A stretch of 64,000 nucleotides of DNA, from positions 31,870,001-31,934,000 of the forward strand of contig CM052817.1 of NCBI GenBank assembly GCA_028534125.1, given 5' to 3'. The stretch is from Lama glama (taxonomy: Eukaryota). A program made the position numbers and the translations under genes. Positions within the stretch are counted from its first letter, which is position 1. Every line of letters begins with the position of its first letter. Below, piece by piece: positions 1 through 14,962 of this stretch. The notes under the pieces were generated by a model that searched no databases, was not told where the DNA came from, and saw only the letters and a list, made by a program, of their open reading frames with translations.

Positions 1-900
1 CACATACATATGTCTAACTGTATACTTCAAGTATGTGTAGTTTATTTTATGTCAATTTTACCTCCATGAGTCTGTTTTAAAGTGAAAGAATATATATAAT
101 ATATAAAAAATATATAATATATATAAAGAATATCATTATACAGCACAGTAGAATACTGAAAGTGAGTAGCATATGATATACCATAGGCAAAACTGAGTAG
201 GGGGTGGTGGGGGAGACTCAGGCAATAAAAAAATCTAGCATGTCTAAGTATCCTAAAATCCCTGAATGTTATTTGTAGCCCTCTATGTTACTAGTAACTG
301 CAAAATTATTTTTTGAGTAACACAATGAATTTACATCAAGAAAAGCTTCTATGAATCTGCCTCCCTAGAAGTTACTGCAATCATATTTACAGCAACGAAA
401 TTTTCTAAACAATTTAGAATACATATTCTGACAGGTATGATGTACATCACAGCAACTACAGAGAAATGAACATTTAAAATCAAGAACATTAAAATCAAGA
501 AATGAACATTTAAAATCAAGACAGTCCTGTAAACTCCAGGATATGCGTCACAGTACTTTTGAAATCTTCAGAGGCATTAAAGTGGCTGCCATTTTGCAAG
601 CAGCAAACGCCATGAGTAAATGCAGAGTGTTAGACTGAGCTACTTGAGATAACCATTACTTTCAGGTTACAAATCCTCTCTGCCTTCCTAACAGCCTCTA
701 CATCTTAAGGGCCTGGGCTTGTTCTTTTAATTAAAAGACTGATCCATGCTATTCTGCTATTTGCCTAATAACCATTTCCCCACACCTACATGACATTCAG
801 AGTTCCACTTAACTGTCTATGACATGACCAGAAAGTAAGACTATTTCGTGTGTCAACTTCTTCAACAAAAAGTTACTTTTAAAGCATGACATAAAAATTA

Positions 901-1050
<150 letters not shown>

Positions 1051-1270
1051 TTAAAGTAACTTTACTATCCCAATAATTTTGTAAACACTCTGCAATTTTT
1101 CCAGAAAGCTAGGTTCAAATCATGCTCAAATTTGAAAAGAAAGTTAATTCACACTTGTGACAATTTAAAACTTGGGATAAGGAATTAATAACTATGTCAT
1201 TCATTTATATTTACTTTGTGTCTTTAAAAAGTCATGAAATGCAGAAACAATCACTGTTAGGCTAAGTCTA

Positions 1271-1468
<198 letters not shown>

Positions 1469-3832
1469 TTAATGTATAGGGATACACAATTTGATGTGAA
1501 TTAAAAACACTCATTTCTCACATGATATTTAAGGTTGAAACCAAAAAGTATTTTATCTAAACATCACCTCCTTTCCCTGCCCTCATCAAAGTTACCAGAA
1601 AAATGTACAGAAGAAAACAGAATTATTTGTTATTCTAAATGTGCTGTTACATGTATTTGTCAAACCAGAAATTCCCTAAGGAGAAATAACAGAGTTTCTT
1701 CTTCCTATAATACCGTCAACACAGCACCATTACCATTTCATAGTTAATCATCATCATAAACATAAGATCTAATAGTCCACCCATAAAACATCCACATGTA
1801 AATCAGAGTATCTCTAATTTTTAAGGCTCCTTTTGATAAAGTTTGCAATTTGAGTTACATGGAGAGCAGACTGGAGACTGCACATTTGTTCAAAGAGATA
1901 AACCAATCAATTGTAGACTACTAATGATCACTTGAAATTAATATCTCCTTGTACTTAGAAAAACTGAAGACGAGTGAAAGGATGCTAGTCTCACAATATG
2001 AATAAGCTTAAGACAAACTGCTTTTGAAATGTGAGCACCATCCTGGATTCAAATGACCACAACTGTTAAGGCTACTAAGTTTTTCTTTGCTTACATTGGA
2101 AGAAGATATCTGATAGTTTAATAATTTAATATCTTATGGTTTAATAATACTTCATTTTTTCTCCTCTATGCTTTATAAAACAACTAATGATTTTACTGCT
2201 AACGTTACTTGGGGAAACCAACTCTTGAAAGTTAAAATGACAAAATGAAACATACTTCCCAATGGTCACTGAGGACAGATTAATGTTAATTACATGTGGA
2301 TATGTAATTAGGTATAAATGAAATATGGGTACACGATAGGAAGTACGACTTATTTCCATTCCAGTCTTGGAGAATATAACACTATTTTCCACGAAAGAAC
2401 TGTTTTGCATTTTATAAAGAAAATATAAAGCGGGTAAAAATCTTCCCATTGTAATAACATTAGAATCTAAGGGGTTTTTCTTTTATTAAATTTCTCATAA
2501 TAATTACTAGTTACTATAATCAAAGCAAATGCCTAGACAAGGTTCTAATACGCTCCCAGCCTTTCTCTTTCTCCCCTTCCCACCTCACCACCTGCCCTCT
2601 CTAAAGTCGGTGCCATCAGCCTAATCTAGTGTGGGTCCATCCACATTCTTCCCATGCTCATTGTACATCTGGGTGGAAAGGACCTCAGTATTGCTTGAGT
2701 GGCATTTCTCCTACAACTAGGCCAGTGAGGCTGAGCATCACTTCACAGATTTACTGGCCACTTAGACTTACTGCCTTTACCATCCTAGATTTATCTTGGC
2801 TGTGATGGAGTGTTCTTCTGGATCCAACTTGCTAATGTATTATTTAGAATTTCTCACCTACATTCCTGACATAAAATCATTTTCAATAAAAATTAAAGTA
2901 TCATGAACTATATGTCATAAAAAGAAATATATCATTGCTCATGTTTTTGTATCTATATTCCTGAGACAGGGATTCATTGTTGATTAAATATAAATGCAAT
3001 ATTGAAATATTATTGTCCAAGTCATTTCAAATACTGCAACTATGTTCTAAGTTCCATCACACTGGGTATACAAGGGTCCCCGGTGTATTACAAGAGATAA
3101 AAAAATAAATAATACTAAATTAAAAAAATACTAAATAAAATACATTACTTAACATTAAAATCCAAAGTACTAAACATTAACAATAATTGTATTTGCTTTC
3201 TTAGAATTTAAAACAGTTGTTATATGACACTTTCAAGGCCAAAGACTCTTTATATAGCTCCCAAGAAAATCTGAATTGATACATTTTTTCCTTATAAATT
3301 TCCCAGTAGCAATAAAGGAAATTCAAAATCTCCCATAGTCTTTAGAGCAATCACAAGATACTAAAGACAAACATCTTTTTTACTGTTTACTGTAATGACT
3401 GTTCAACACAATTCAATGAGTGTAACTCCTAAGGAATACCCTTTTTATGGAGTAATCTAGTATCATTTATCTTTCCTTTTGGTATGTCTTCTACCTATTC
3501 AAAACTCGGTTTGGTATTAAAACAAATAAGATGGTTAGAAGGAAGACTCTGCATTGCTATCTCAGAAATAAAAGTACTAACTAGAAAGTATTAAAAGTAA
3601 TTATTAGCTATGGAAAGAGTTTCAAAAGAAAGATTTTTAAAAAGACTTCTCACAGAACTGTGAAAAATAGGGAATAAGGTAATGTCCTGACTTTTCTTGG
3701 CAATTTCTGACTTACTCAATTCAGGTTTTACGGAAAAGCCCGAATAAATGAAAATAAGTTGAGAAATTGAGGTATGAGTGTCACTTAAAAATTCTCTAAG
3801 GAAAAGATCTATGAAATAAAAAAAGATGGAGC

Positions 3833-4022
3833 AAAACAACAAGTTCATACTGTATAGCACAGGGAACTATATTCAATATCTTGTAGTAACTTATCGTTAA
3901 AAAGAATATGAAAACGAATATATGTATGTTCATGTATGACTGAAGCATTGTGCTATACACCAGAAATTGACATAACATTGTAAACTGACTATAGTTCAAT
4001 AAAAATATATTAAAAAAAGAAG
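3833..4022 (+). mobile_element. Young, heavily 5'-truncated L1 3' end
   Basis: TATAGCACAGGGAACTATATTCAA motif, AATAAA and A tail; TSD AAAAAGATGGAGC at 3820-3832 and 4023-4035. Confidence 0.88.
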
Positions 4023-4157
4023 AAAAAGATGGAGCGGACTTTACAGTAACTCTATGGGAAAAAAAAGAAGATCTAAAACTGTCAGTCTATTCTATTCATT
4101 AGTAATGAAGCATTCTGAAACGCAAAGCAAATCACAATCAGTGATTCAGAAAACTTA

Positions 4158-4298
<141 letters not shown>

Positions 4299-4627
4299 TT
4301 AATAAATCTGAAAAATTCCTTATCAGTGTTGTATAAATTTTCTCTGAAGATTCATTTGTAGGATGCTGAAAAACCATTATGAATTTTCTTCTATCTCTGG
4401 ATTTTTATTTGCCAGGAAATTAAACATGATTCTTATAAATCCAATCAATGGTTTTAAGAATTATTTTGACAAAATCTTTCCCACAAGTATCTTATGTGGA
4501 TTTAAAAAAAAAAAAGAGGAAGATAATTGCTTTGTACTCCAAAAACAAATAATCCATGAGAGTCCAAATTAACAAACTAAACCTGGACCGCAGAGAAAAG
4601 CAACAATCCCATAAGTACTTTACTTAC

Positions 4628-4707
4628 CCTTCCTTATGTTTAAAGTGCTTAAAAGCTAAGTTTAGAACTTCGTGAACTAAGGGATCGGGCACAGGATGAA
4701 CAGGAAT
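4628..4707 (-). CDS. FRYL: FRYL coding exon (IPVHPVPDPLVHEVLNLAFKHFKHKE-G)
   Basis: 80 nt; tttttcccgtAG acceptor; GG|GTAAGT donor; phase 0-2. Confidence 0.96.
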
Positions 4708-5273
4708 CTACGGGAAAAAAAAAATCAAGTGTGTGCTAAACAGGTTATAAGCCTTCTCAGGATTTCAACAAACCAATCAATAATCAATTTTAATTTTCAT
4801 GATAGGATCTACTACAAATCTGTCAATCTGCTTTTCTAAGAAAGCTACTATTTTTCTCTAAGAAGTTGGTTGAACATCTAACTTAACAAGCTCTAAATTA
4901 AAAAATACTCGCTTCATAATCACAAATCACTGAACTATGGACTATGCAGATGAAAAAAATTGTCATTGTTGTTGTTATTACAGTTGTTACTGTCAGAAAG
5001 TTAAAAACAAACTCATGTAGCTCTGCAGCACCTAGAGGAAAGCAGCTTTTGACTAAGCCAGCTCCACATTCCAGACCGTCTTGACTGTCTCTCGTAACAG
5101 TATCCAAAAGGGACACAGACTTTTCCAACAATTTAAAATTGTCTGGCTTTATTAGTATTAGAAATTAGTCATTTAAATGTTTGTTTTATTTCTTTAAAAA
5201 TTATACGCTAGTTCCTAATATGTAAAACACACCAAAACATTTAAACCAGAAAGTAAAATCCCTCCTCTTCCCC

Positions 5274-5298
<25 letters not shown>
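5274..5298. repeat. (AT)n microsatellite
   Basis: Directly visible. Confidence 0.95.
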
Positions 5299-5304
<6 letters not shown>

Positions 5305-6239
5305 CCATTGACAACTTGGTATGTATCTACTTCCAGGCTTTTTCCTACATACACTCACCCACACACCTTATTTTCACTTAACAGAATGATGCTTCTTTCC
5401 ATGTCAGTACTTAGAGCTCCTCCTTAGACTATTTGACAGCTATGTGATACTCATTATAATTTATTATAATTTATGATTTATTTAATGAGCTCCCTATTAA
5501 TGAACATTTCATCCCAGATTTCAATATTCAAAATTTATAATGTTATACAATAAACATTTTGTGCATTTAACATTATTTACTTGTAGAGTTCCATGGGAAA
5601 GAGTCCAAAAGGAGAAAGTCTGATGGGTGAAAGATTATACAAATCACCATTGATATAGATTCTAATTCTATATATGTGTGGGTCTGTTTTTGAGCTATTT
5701 CATCAATTTATATACATCTACACTAAAATCATGCTGCCTTAATTATTAGAGATTACTAATAAGTTCTGGTGTCTGGTATTGCAAGAACTCCCTGATTTTT
5801 CTTCAGAGATAACTTGGCTCTTCTTGGGCCATTGTTCTTCTATATTCAATTCAGAGTCATCGTTTCAAGTTCCATAAAAACTGTTAGGATTTTTATTGGA
5901 GTTATAATAAATCTATAGATCAATTTGGGAGTAACTGTATTTTTACATATTCACATGAAATATCTTCCCACTTCTTTAAATGCTTTCGGACAAGTTTTAT
6001 AATTTTCTAGTTCTGTCCTTTGTTACGCTTATTCCTAAGACAATAAACATATGGAGAGATGCTTGATTTCATCAGTAATAAGGAGAATGAAAATATACAG
6101 GATGTTATTTTATACGTATTTGATGGGAAAAAAATTAAATCTGACAATACCAAATAGTGGAGACAATATAAATGAATGAGGCTTCATACACATTGCTGGT
6201 AGAAGTTTAAATCATTTTTTAATATCACCCGCAACCTAG

Positions 6240-6730
6240 TGAAGGTCAGAGTATGCCACCACCAAGCATGGCACTTTGGTGTAAGAATTATTTTGAGCTG
6301 ACAGCCACTGAGAAACAGGAGATGCAGGAAAAGCTCTCTACCCTCCTTTCTGCCTAACAGCAGCCTCCCTTCCCCTTTCCCTTATCAAGAAGAGAACAAC
6401 CAATATCACTAGAAACAGGGAGTTGGCACTGAGATGGATCTGCACAAAGAAACCTCACTAAATTGCCCTTCTCTTCCATTAGTTTCCCCATATATTTACC
6501 TTCCCACCATTTACCACCTCTGGGAGCCCAAACCCTCTTCCTTTGTCACTTCTCCATAAAGTACTGCTCTTTGTTAAAACAGGTCCTCAGGTCTAACCTT
6601 CCTTTGGGTCTTCACTACTTTTCTGTGAAGGCCTGCAATGTGTATGTAATCAACTTTTTCTTCTGTTAATCTGCTGTCAGTTTCATTTGCAGGGCCCCAG
6701 CCACTAAACCTAAGAGAGCAGGGGCCACTA
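6240..6730 (+). mobile_element. Solo LTR, MER34/MER39-like (ERV1)
   Basis: Starts TGAAGG..AGAGTATGCCACC..GGCACTTTGG..ATTATTTTGAGCTG; family assigned from memory. Confidence 0.65.
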
Positions 6731-7786
6731 GATTGGCAATAACACACCTAAGAAAATAATGATGAACAGCTACATGTTTCATAGGTTAATCTTAGTAACA
6801 CATTGTTGAGTGAAAAAATAAGCCCCAGAGGACAATAAACAGTATGATCCAATTTTTTAAAAAGCTCAAAAACATTTTTTTCAAGTTAAGGGTTAAAAAT
6901 CAGTGTAATAGTAAAGAAGTAGCCAGGGAGTAAACTAGAAGAGCTTTACATAATTAGGCTTAAATTTTCAGAGTCTCAGGTGGTAGGCTCATAGGTAACT
7001 GTAATACTGTAAATCAACAAATACACAGGCAGTGAAACAGGGATCCATCAGTGGCAAAAGTGTCTTGGACAAGGATCATGATTTTATCCAATTCTGTGTG
7101 CCTGGGGTCCAATTAAAACAAAGCACACAGGAATTTTATGTCTGCTTAAAATTGTTAACAATGTATTTTATAGAATACCACATCAATAGGATGAAATTGT
7201 AATAAAAAAATTAAATATAACCAAGAAAGCCACAAACTAGAGTAGGGAAAAAATAGAGAATTATAACTACTCAGAGAAGGTCAGAATGCTTCTTGAGAAT
7301 TTGATGAAGGAGAGATTTTTATTTAAAATGAAGATACATGTTTCTTACAAAGATTAATCAGGAGCTTTTCAGAAGCGGGCTGAATTTAGACCTTAATAAT
7401 GATCAGGAACTAGTTCAAAACTAGTGAATGTGAAAGAGATATTAGATAAGAGGAATGGTAATTAAATTGCAATGAGGGGCAAGAAACCCAGTAAGGAACT
7501 ATTCGTTTTCCTTTATTCATCTCAGTGAGAGGGTGACTGCACTCACACAACACCAAAGAGAGTACCGGCATCACCTTCACGGCACTGTCTCAAGCAGAGG
7601 GAGGCACAGCTTTAAAAGGCTGATGGCAAACCTTTACTCCAGGATTGACGGCTGTAGCCTCATCTTGGCTAAATGGCTCAGAATTTATTGTTGATCAGAG
7701 GAAATCAGAAAGAACATTCATCTCAGATTTCCTAAAAATTGAGACTATCCTAAAGGCGTGTATCTGAAATTCAATTAAGAAGAAAA

Positions 7787-7934
7787 CACATATGTTCACG
7801 TGTAACTGAAAAATTGTGCTCTATACTGGAATTTGACACAACATTGTAAAATGATTATAAATCAATAAAAATGTTTAAAAATGTTTAAAAATTAAAAAAT
7901 AACCCAAATATTAAAAAAAAAACTAAAAAAGAAG
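7787..7934 (+). mobile_element. Young L1 3'-terminal fragment
   Basis: Similar to 20830-20917; A-rich tail; TSD AAGAAGAAAA at 7777-7786 and 7935-7944. Confidence 0.8.
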
Positions 7935-9479
7935 AAGAAGAAAATGCACTATGAAGGAGATTCCTATACTACCCTCTCAAAAATCAAACAGGGATTAAGT
8001 GGGGAAGCAGCTGTAATCCAAACTCTCTCTTCCTACATCTCAGATAACCTTTCAAAAATCATCTGATGATACAGGAAAGAAATGAAGTTTATGCATCTGT
8101 TTGCAGAAGCTGAGATTTTTAAATCCCATGTTAATAACAGGGCAGAACCTGAATTTACTCTATATGGTAAAGTTTGAGAATTCAGAGACTCCAGATAGTC
8201 TTAACCTTTGTTCCCCCATTGGTAAACTGAAATTTTAAACCTAGAATTTCTCTAGCAATTAGGGATACTTTAACTAGGAATTTTATAATTGATTGCATAA
8301 TTACAAGAAGCTTTTCAATCTTTTATAGGCAAACATATCCCATCATTATAAAACTATAACGACCATATCTTATTGATACAGGAATTTCAGAATATTGGCT
8401 GATATATTAACTATGCTCATACCATGGCAATCTTTTATGGGGTACCCTGCACATCTCTTCCTGGGATCACGCTATTCCTCTCATATTAAGAAGAAACTAA
8501 AACCAGTACCTGCAAAGGGCTCCCTTAAATTCACACCAAGCTGTTCAACTTACTATAGGTAAACTATAAGTAAACCATTATACAATAAATAAAAAACACC
8601 ATAGGGTCTTTCTATACTTTAATCATTGTAATGAAGAAAAGCCATGCTTAGCTTCTCTTTTCACTGGTTACATAACCTGGAGGAAGCTTCCACTTCCTCA
8701 CCTGTAAATTGCAGATAATGGATTAGAACCCCATAATTACTAGCCCTGAGAGACTGCAGAACTGGGTTTATCATAATTTGGGATTGATTCTTGTCCTCTC
8801 ACTTTTTCCACCCTTCTCTAAAAGGGGCCAGGACAAAATTCTTACCTCCTAGGAATGTAGGGCAGATGAAGGATCTAGAACATGGGATGGAGATACTGAG
8901 GACAAGGTGTGGTTGGGGGGAAAGGCAGTAAACCAGAGCCCGTGAGAGACGCAGCAGGGCAGATGCACTCTCCTCGCCTGACTTTCCCCAAGTTGGGCCA
9001 AACAAACAAACAAAACAGGCCCCAAGATAACAACAAGGTTACTGAAGTCACGGGTGTTGTCCTATACATCCTGCGATTATCCATTGATAGTTAAAACAAA
9101 GTACATCTCTACCACTAGGTGATGCCAAATGTTAGTCAGGAGTGGGCTATGGCTGACTCCCAGAACTCAGGAGTCATAGCACTAATCACACAGGCTGACC
9201 CCCGACATTTCAGTGACCTTGCAATAATGCAACACCGCATTTTGCATGATTTAATTTTTCTGCGCCACTTACTGTGTGCTGTGTTGTGGTTTTACTATCC
9301 TGAGTTCCTTACAGAGATGCTTAGTGTGCTCGAGGCCAGAGATAGGAAACACAGCTTAAACCTGTGATTTCTCCTAAGTAGTCACCAGAAGTCAATGACA
9401 GCTAGGGACATCATTTAGCCATGCTGTATGCTCTTTATTACGACCTTAATATTGCTACCACCAACACTTTTCACTTGTC

Positions 9480-9600
9480 TTTGTGCAAGATATTACTTAG
9501 GCATTTTACATGCATTATTTATAACACTTTAAACAGCCTTACATTGTAGGATTTACCCCCATTTTTACAGATGAGGGAACTGAAGTTTAGAAGTTGATGC
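9480..9600. mobile_element. MIR fragment (other likely copies near 10880-11070, 39490-39585, 43950-44050, 57345-57560)
   Basis: MIR core CCCATTTTTACAGATGAGGGAACTGAAG. Confidence 0.65.
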
Positions 9601-12600
9601 ATACTTCTCTAGAATATACTGTGTGCCCAGTTTCTGATATATGAAAATGCATTTAATAAACGAAACAAATGAGGAAAGAAAACTTTCAGTTTTATCATAG
9701 TATAACTAGAAAAGACAGGAGCAGAAGTGAGAAGAAATATATCTCATCTTTAATTTCTGGAAGAAAAAAAAGTACAACCTCTAAAAATTTTATTTTAAAA
9801 ATGAACATTATCAGAATGCTCATCGCTACTTCTCCCCTTATTTTCAATAATAAAAAAATACTCCGAAACTGAATCTCCAAAAAAGGGGGAGAGGGAGAAC
9901 CCCACTTCAGTTAATAGAAAAAAAGTCTTACTTTTATGGAATAATGTTCCCATCTATAATATCAAGAATTTTCAGATCTTATCCTTTGTGTGATTTTAGT
10001 AGCAGGTCTAATTCTACTTGAACATTCAATAAGGATATATCTAGAAGACTCTAAAGAATACCCAAGCTTTATTCCAAGGCTACTCCTACCACCACGTCCC
10101 AAAAGCTAATGCTTTTAGCACATCATGAAAGTGGAAAACAACAAAACCAAGTTCAGATATGGGCACTGGGGAGTCAGCAAGGTTCATTCATTATGTAAAT
10201 GACCAGCCAGCCCACAGTGCAAAGGAGAGTGAACAAATTCCTGCCTCAGCAAAATCACAAATAACTAACCCATAACCTTCATGGCTGTTCACCAACACCT
10301 AAAATGCCAACGTTAGATCTGAAAATACTAAGAATCTACTCCACCTGCTGATACTTCACAATAAGCACCGATAAAACTAAGCCAAGAGCTAGAAGTAGCT
10401 CATAAGCCTGGTTTCCCAATCTTACTTATTTCACTGAATAAATGTATGGTTAAAGTTCAATATAAAAAGAAAATTGCTTCAAACATTCTAAATGCTATAG
10501 TGCTTTTTAGACATGCTTTTATCATGGATTCTAAAGCCTCTGGTACTAATACACTAATATCTGTAGTTGGCCATGACCCCAAAATTATTCTTCTGACTTT
10601 CTTGGAAAAATAAAATTAGTCCTTTTATCATCTTGAATTAATTTTGTTCCCATGGTGAATCATAGTAATTTCATCACATTTATGTAAACTCAATTCTCTG
10701 TCTAACTTGTTATGATTTAAACTTTAATTTTACAAGATGTTGGCCATTTCACCTAATTTTGTATCACTGATTTTACCAGTAAGAATAATTTTACTAAAAA
10801 AAGAGCACTAGCTTTATAATTTGCAGCAAGTCACTGTAACTAAGAACAATTTGTTTAATCTATGAGATAAAAACAACAGACAGCAGTAACTGGACACTTT
10901 CCATGTCCCAGGCATTACCATATTTAATTTTCATGATTCTATAAAAATGATACTATTATCATTCCTCTTTTACAGGGGAGGAAAGAATTCATGGGTAATA
11001 ACTTGCCCAAGTTACACAGCAAGTAAATGACACAGCTGGGATAAAAACACTTGCTATGCCTGTCTCCCAAAACTTATTATACAACAGATCTAGAGTTCTT
11101 TATGTATTTTGAAGAGTTCTAAATATGAGTGATTATCACTTATTATTATTATTATTTATGATAAGGACATGATAAGTTATTCAAGAAACAAATAATTTAT
11201 AATATATGAGGTAAAGGACTAACCCACAAAGAGTATTTACTCCTCTTTAATGCTGAACCAACCATTTGTCGGTATTTCAATACTCCTGGGACTCCACATC
11301 TCACCAAAATAAAACTGAATCACATTTTAATATATGTATATTACATGGGACAAAAGTAAAAGCCCTATTAAATTCAAGATATATTACATTGGTTAATCTC
11401 TGGATCTATTAAACCCTACATCATTTTGACACGGATGAAAATTGGGTTAGTTTGTCATGGTATTTCAGAAAGTTCCATTGATTTTTACTTCATTTTCTGT
11501 AGTTTTATTAGTCTTGAAGAGGATAAAAAGGCTTGCCTTTTACTAGGAAAGAGAAAAAAACCCATATAGGATTTTAAATAACATGTATCTATGTTCTTGG
11601 TGATATATTTTATTCTTTGATGGCTGCATTTGAATGAAAGTATGAAGGGAACGGTAAAAGAGAGAAAGGGTAAGTGGAAAGGGAACTGTATGTTCCCTTT
11701 GTGGTAGTAGATGTGGTAGTAGAACTGAAAACAAAGGTGAACTACCCGAACCGCTGTATGGCCTTTTCTTTAACGCTTTGAGTCCATGTGAACCATGGAT
11801 CTGAAAGGATTTTGTGCAGGGGATTCGAAAAATGAGCCTGCTGAAAGGATGTTCTTAGGTTTATAGATTCCGATTTTTTTTTTCTACTAGAAGAGATAGC
11901 TGGACTATTATTTTTTTAAAAGGAAGACAAGGAGAAGGAGAAGGAGAATGAAGACAATGACAATGGGGAGGGGGAAAGGAGAGGAGAGGAGGAAGGGGAA
12001 AAGGAGAAAGAAAAACCTCCAAGGGGTTGTCTGTGCCTTAAGTTCTGAAGCCAGTGCAATTACGGGGGACTTTTAGATGAGAAAAGAGACTGATTGTTGA
12101 GTGGAAGAATGTCATGGGAAACAAAGGCAAAATGGCACAACAGAGCCAGATTGGGAAGGGCCCCGAATGTCAGTGCAGGGAGTCTGTACTTTCTTTTGCT
12201 GGAAGAAGAAATCCACCTACGAATTAACTGAGTAAAGAAGCGCAAACGCTGATCACCAAACCACTTGCAAGACCTACATTTTGCTCAGAGGAGATGCTAG
12301 GGACCAACCACAATGAGCCCAAGTCCAAGCTCATTCATGGTATGGTGTTTCTGGTCCTCAGCTCTTTCTCCATCCCTATTTACTTCAGCCTGAGGGTCTC
12401 AGGATCCCAGCTGAACTGAGAGATCACAGAAAGCACATCTGGCTTTTAGAAAACACAGCTTTCAGAGGAAATTTGTTTTCCACATCTACTAAATAAACCA
12501 TTATGAGAGGTACAAATTAAAGTGACTTTACCTTTGATTAACGCATTTATCTATTTCACATTCAAAATTATTTTTAAAACAAAAGAAAAACAAAAAATAA

Positions 12601-13580
12601 AAATAAAACTATTTTTATTTGAAGACCTCAGATATTCAGACTTCAGTGTCTTCTCATGTACATTGTAAAAACAAAAGTAAAGAATAAAGATTATATAATT
12701 CAAATATTTTTATATTGCCTATGTCAAAAAAGACTATCAATTAACTTTCATTTCTTACACTTGCTGTTTCCTGTTGTATCATATATTCTATTCCATTTCA
12801 TGCAACAAAAGCAAAACTCCCTGTCCAAACATGTCATATGCAAAATATAATTTTTTTCTTTTAGGTGGCCTGACTTTTTCCCTAAACATTACGGTGTGTA
12901 TGGCTGGAAATATATGGATCATCTTTAAATGTTATGTAACTTTTTAAAGACTAAAAGTCACACACACACAAAAAAAACCCTTTCAAATCAGTACAGGTGT
13001 TTATACATACACTTGTACTCATCTTGAGTAGTAAAAAATACATGTGATGATTCTTACACTATGCTACATATTTATGTCTTTACTATCTATGTCATTCAGA
13101 TGCTGAGCTCATGAGTGCAGTGCCTAGAACAATGCCAACGAACAACAGGTATTCAAATACTCACTGAATGAATAAACATAAATAATTTATTATCCTGAGA
13201 TGTCCTCGCTAGTCTGCAAATCACTTGCACTTGACAATTCAGTCTTATCCAAGTCAAATCACCTCCATTCCTCAACTATCACTGCACAATTATTACACGT
13301 TGAAATGCAGGCTTGAGGGCTTTGGAAGAGAATTTCTTTGAAAGTGGAGGTAAAACGAGATTGAAGTAGGTGAATGACAAGCAGACTATATTTCCAGCTA
13401 AAAGCCTATATTTAACACAGTTTCTGTTCAGCTCCATTTTGCTAACATGATTTCATGTCTTGGATGGCAAACGAAGGTAAAAAGAATGGAGAGGGAGAGG
13501 TGCAGGACATGAGAGCCTGAGGCAACAGAAAGAAGTAAAATTAAATGACAGGAATTTTGTTTCTGTGGGCCATAATTTTA

Positions 13581-13838
<258 letters not shown>

Positions 13839-14261
13839 TTATTTACTGAGTGCCTAGTACGAATGGTGTCCCACAGCAATTGTTAGTACAAGTTTTTGTA
13901 ATAACCCCATGTATGTATTATATATATTCACAATCTTTCTCTTTTTGTACATTAGGAGCTTGTACATACCTCTCACTGTTACATCTGTCAGAAATTAAAC
14001 CTAACCTAAAGAACTAGTAAGAGGAAGAAAAATATGAAAATACAGTGCCAGATAACTTTCTCATAAATCTAAGTTGAAAAATCACAGATGGCGTCTACTG
14101 AAATCCAATTCTAAACTAAAGACCATCACCTGAACACAAATAGATGTTTTATTTAAAACCACAATCTCCCTGGGAAACTGGAAAGAGAAGAAGACAAGTT
14201 GTAGGATTTGAACACCAAGAAGAGTCTCACGGTAAAAGAATACAGGGTTTTGACGATAGTT

Positions 14262-14350
14262 GGGGGTGGATATAGCTCAGTGGTAAAGCGCATGCTTAGC
14301 ATGCATGAGGTCTTGGGTTCAATCACTAGTATCTCCATTAAAAGAAAAAC
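14262..14350 (+). mobile_element. tRNA-derived SINE (camelid Vic-1-like), short form
   Basis: A box TAGCTCAGTGG, B box GGTTCAATC, A-rich tail. Confidence 0.85.
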
Positions 14351-14746
14351 AAAAAGAATATAGAATTTTGGCAGTTTTCCTGCATCACAACAATTGCTTT
14401 CCATCACAAACCACCTGAATAAGTCTTTCTTTGAATATTTTCTTAACTTCCTGTATGACTGTTAAAGCTCCTCACTGAACTACTGAAAAGGCACTCCTGA
14501 ATTCAGTTTTGCGTGACTAGTTCCAGTGATGACTCCTGCAGGGCTGCACCTACTTTAACTGATACCTTCCTTTGATTTACAGTTTAAGCGTGGACTATCT
14601 TTTCCCCTTGTTACCACTTCATAACAAAAGTAATTGATGTTTTTGCTTAGAAACCAAACAATAACAACCTTCAGTTGGTAACACTAGTACCCCCTTCATT
14701 GGGAGTGTTTCGATCCCAGGTAGAACAGTAGAAAATGTGCCACTTA

Positions 14747-14962
<216 letters not shown>

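Noticed and set aside
14262..14340. tRNA gene-like sequences (also at 21922, 30148, 51275, 53562)
   Set aside because: Dispersed diverged copies with A-rich tails, several with flanking direct repeats; these are SINEs, not tRNA genes.
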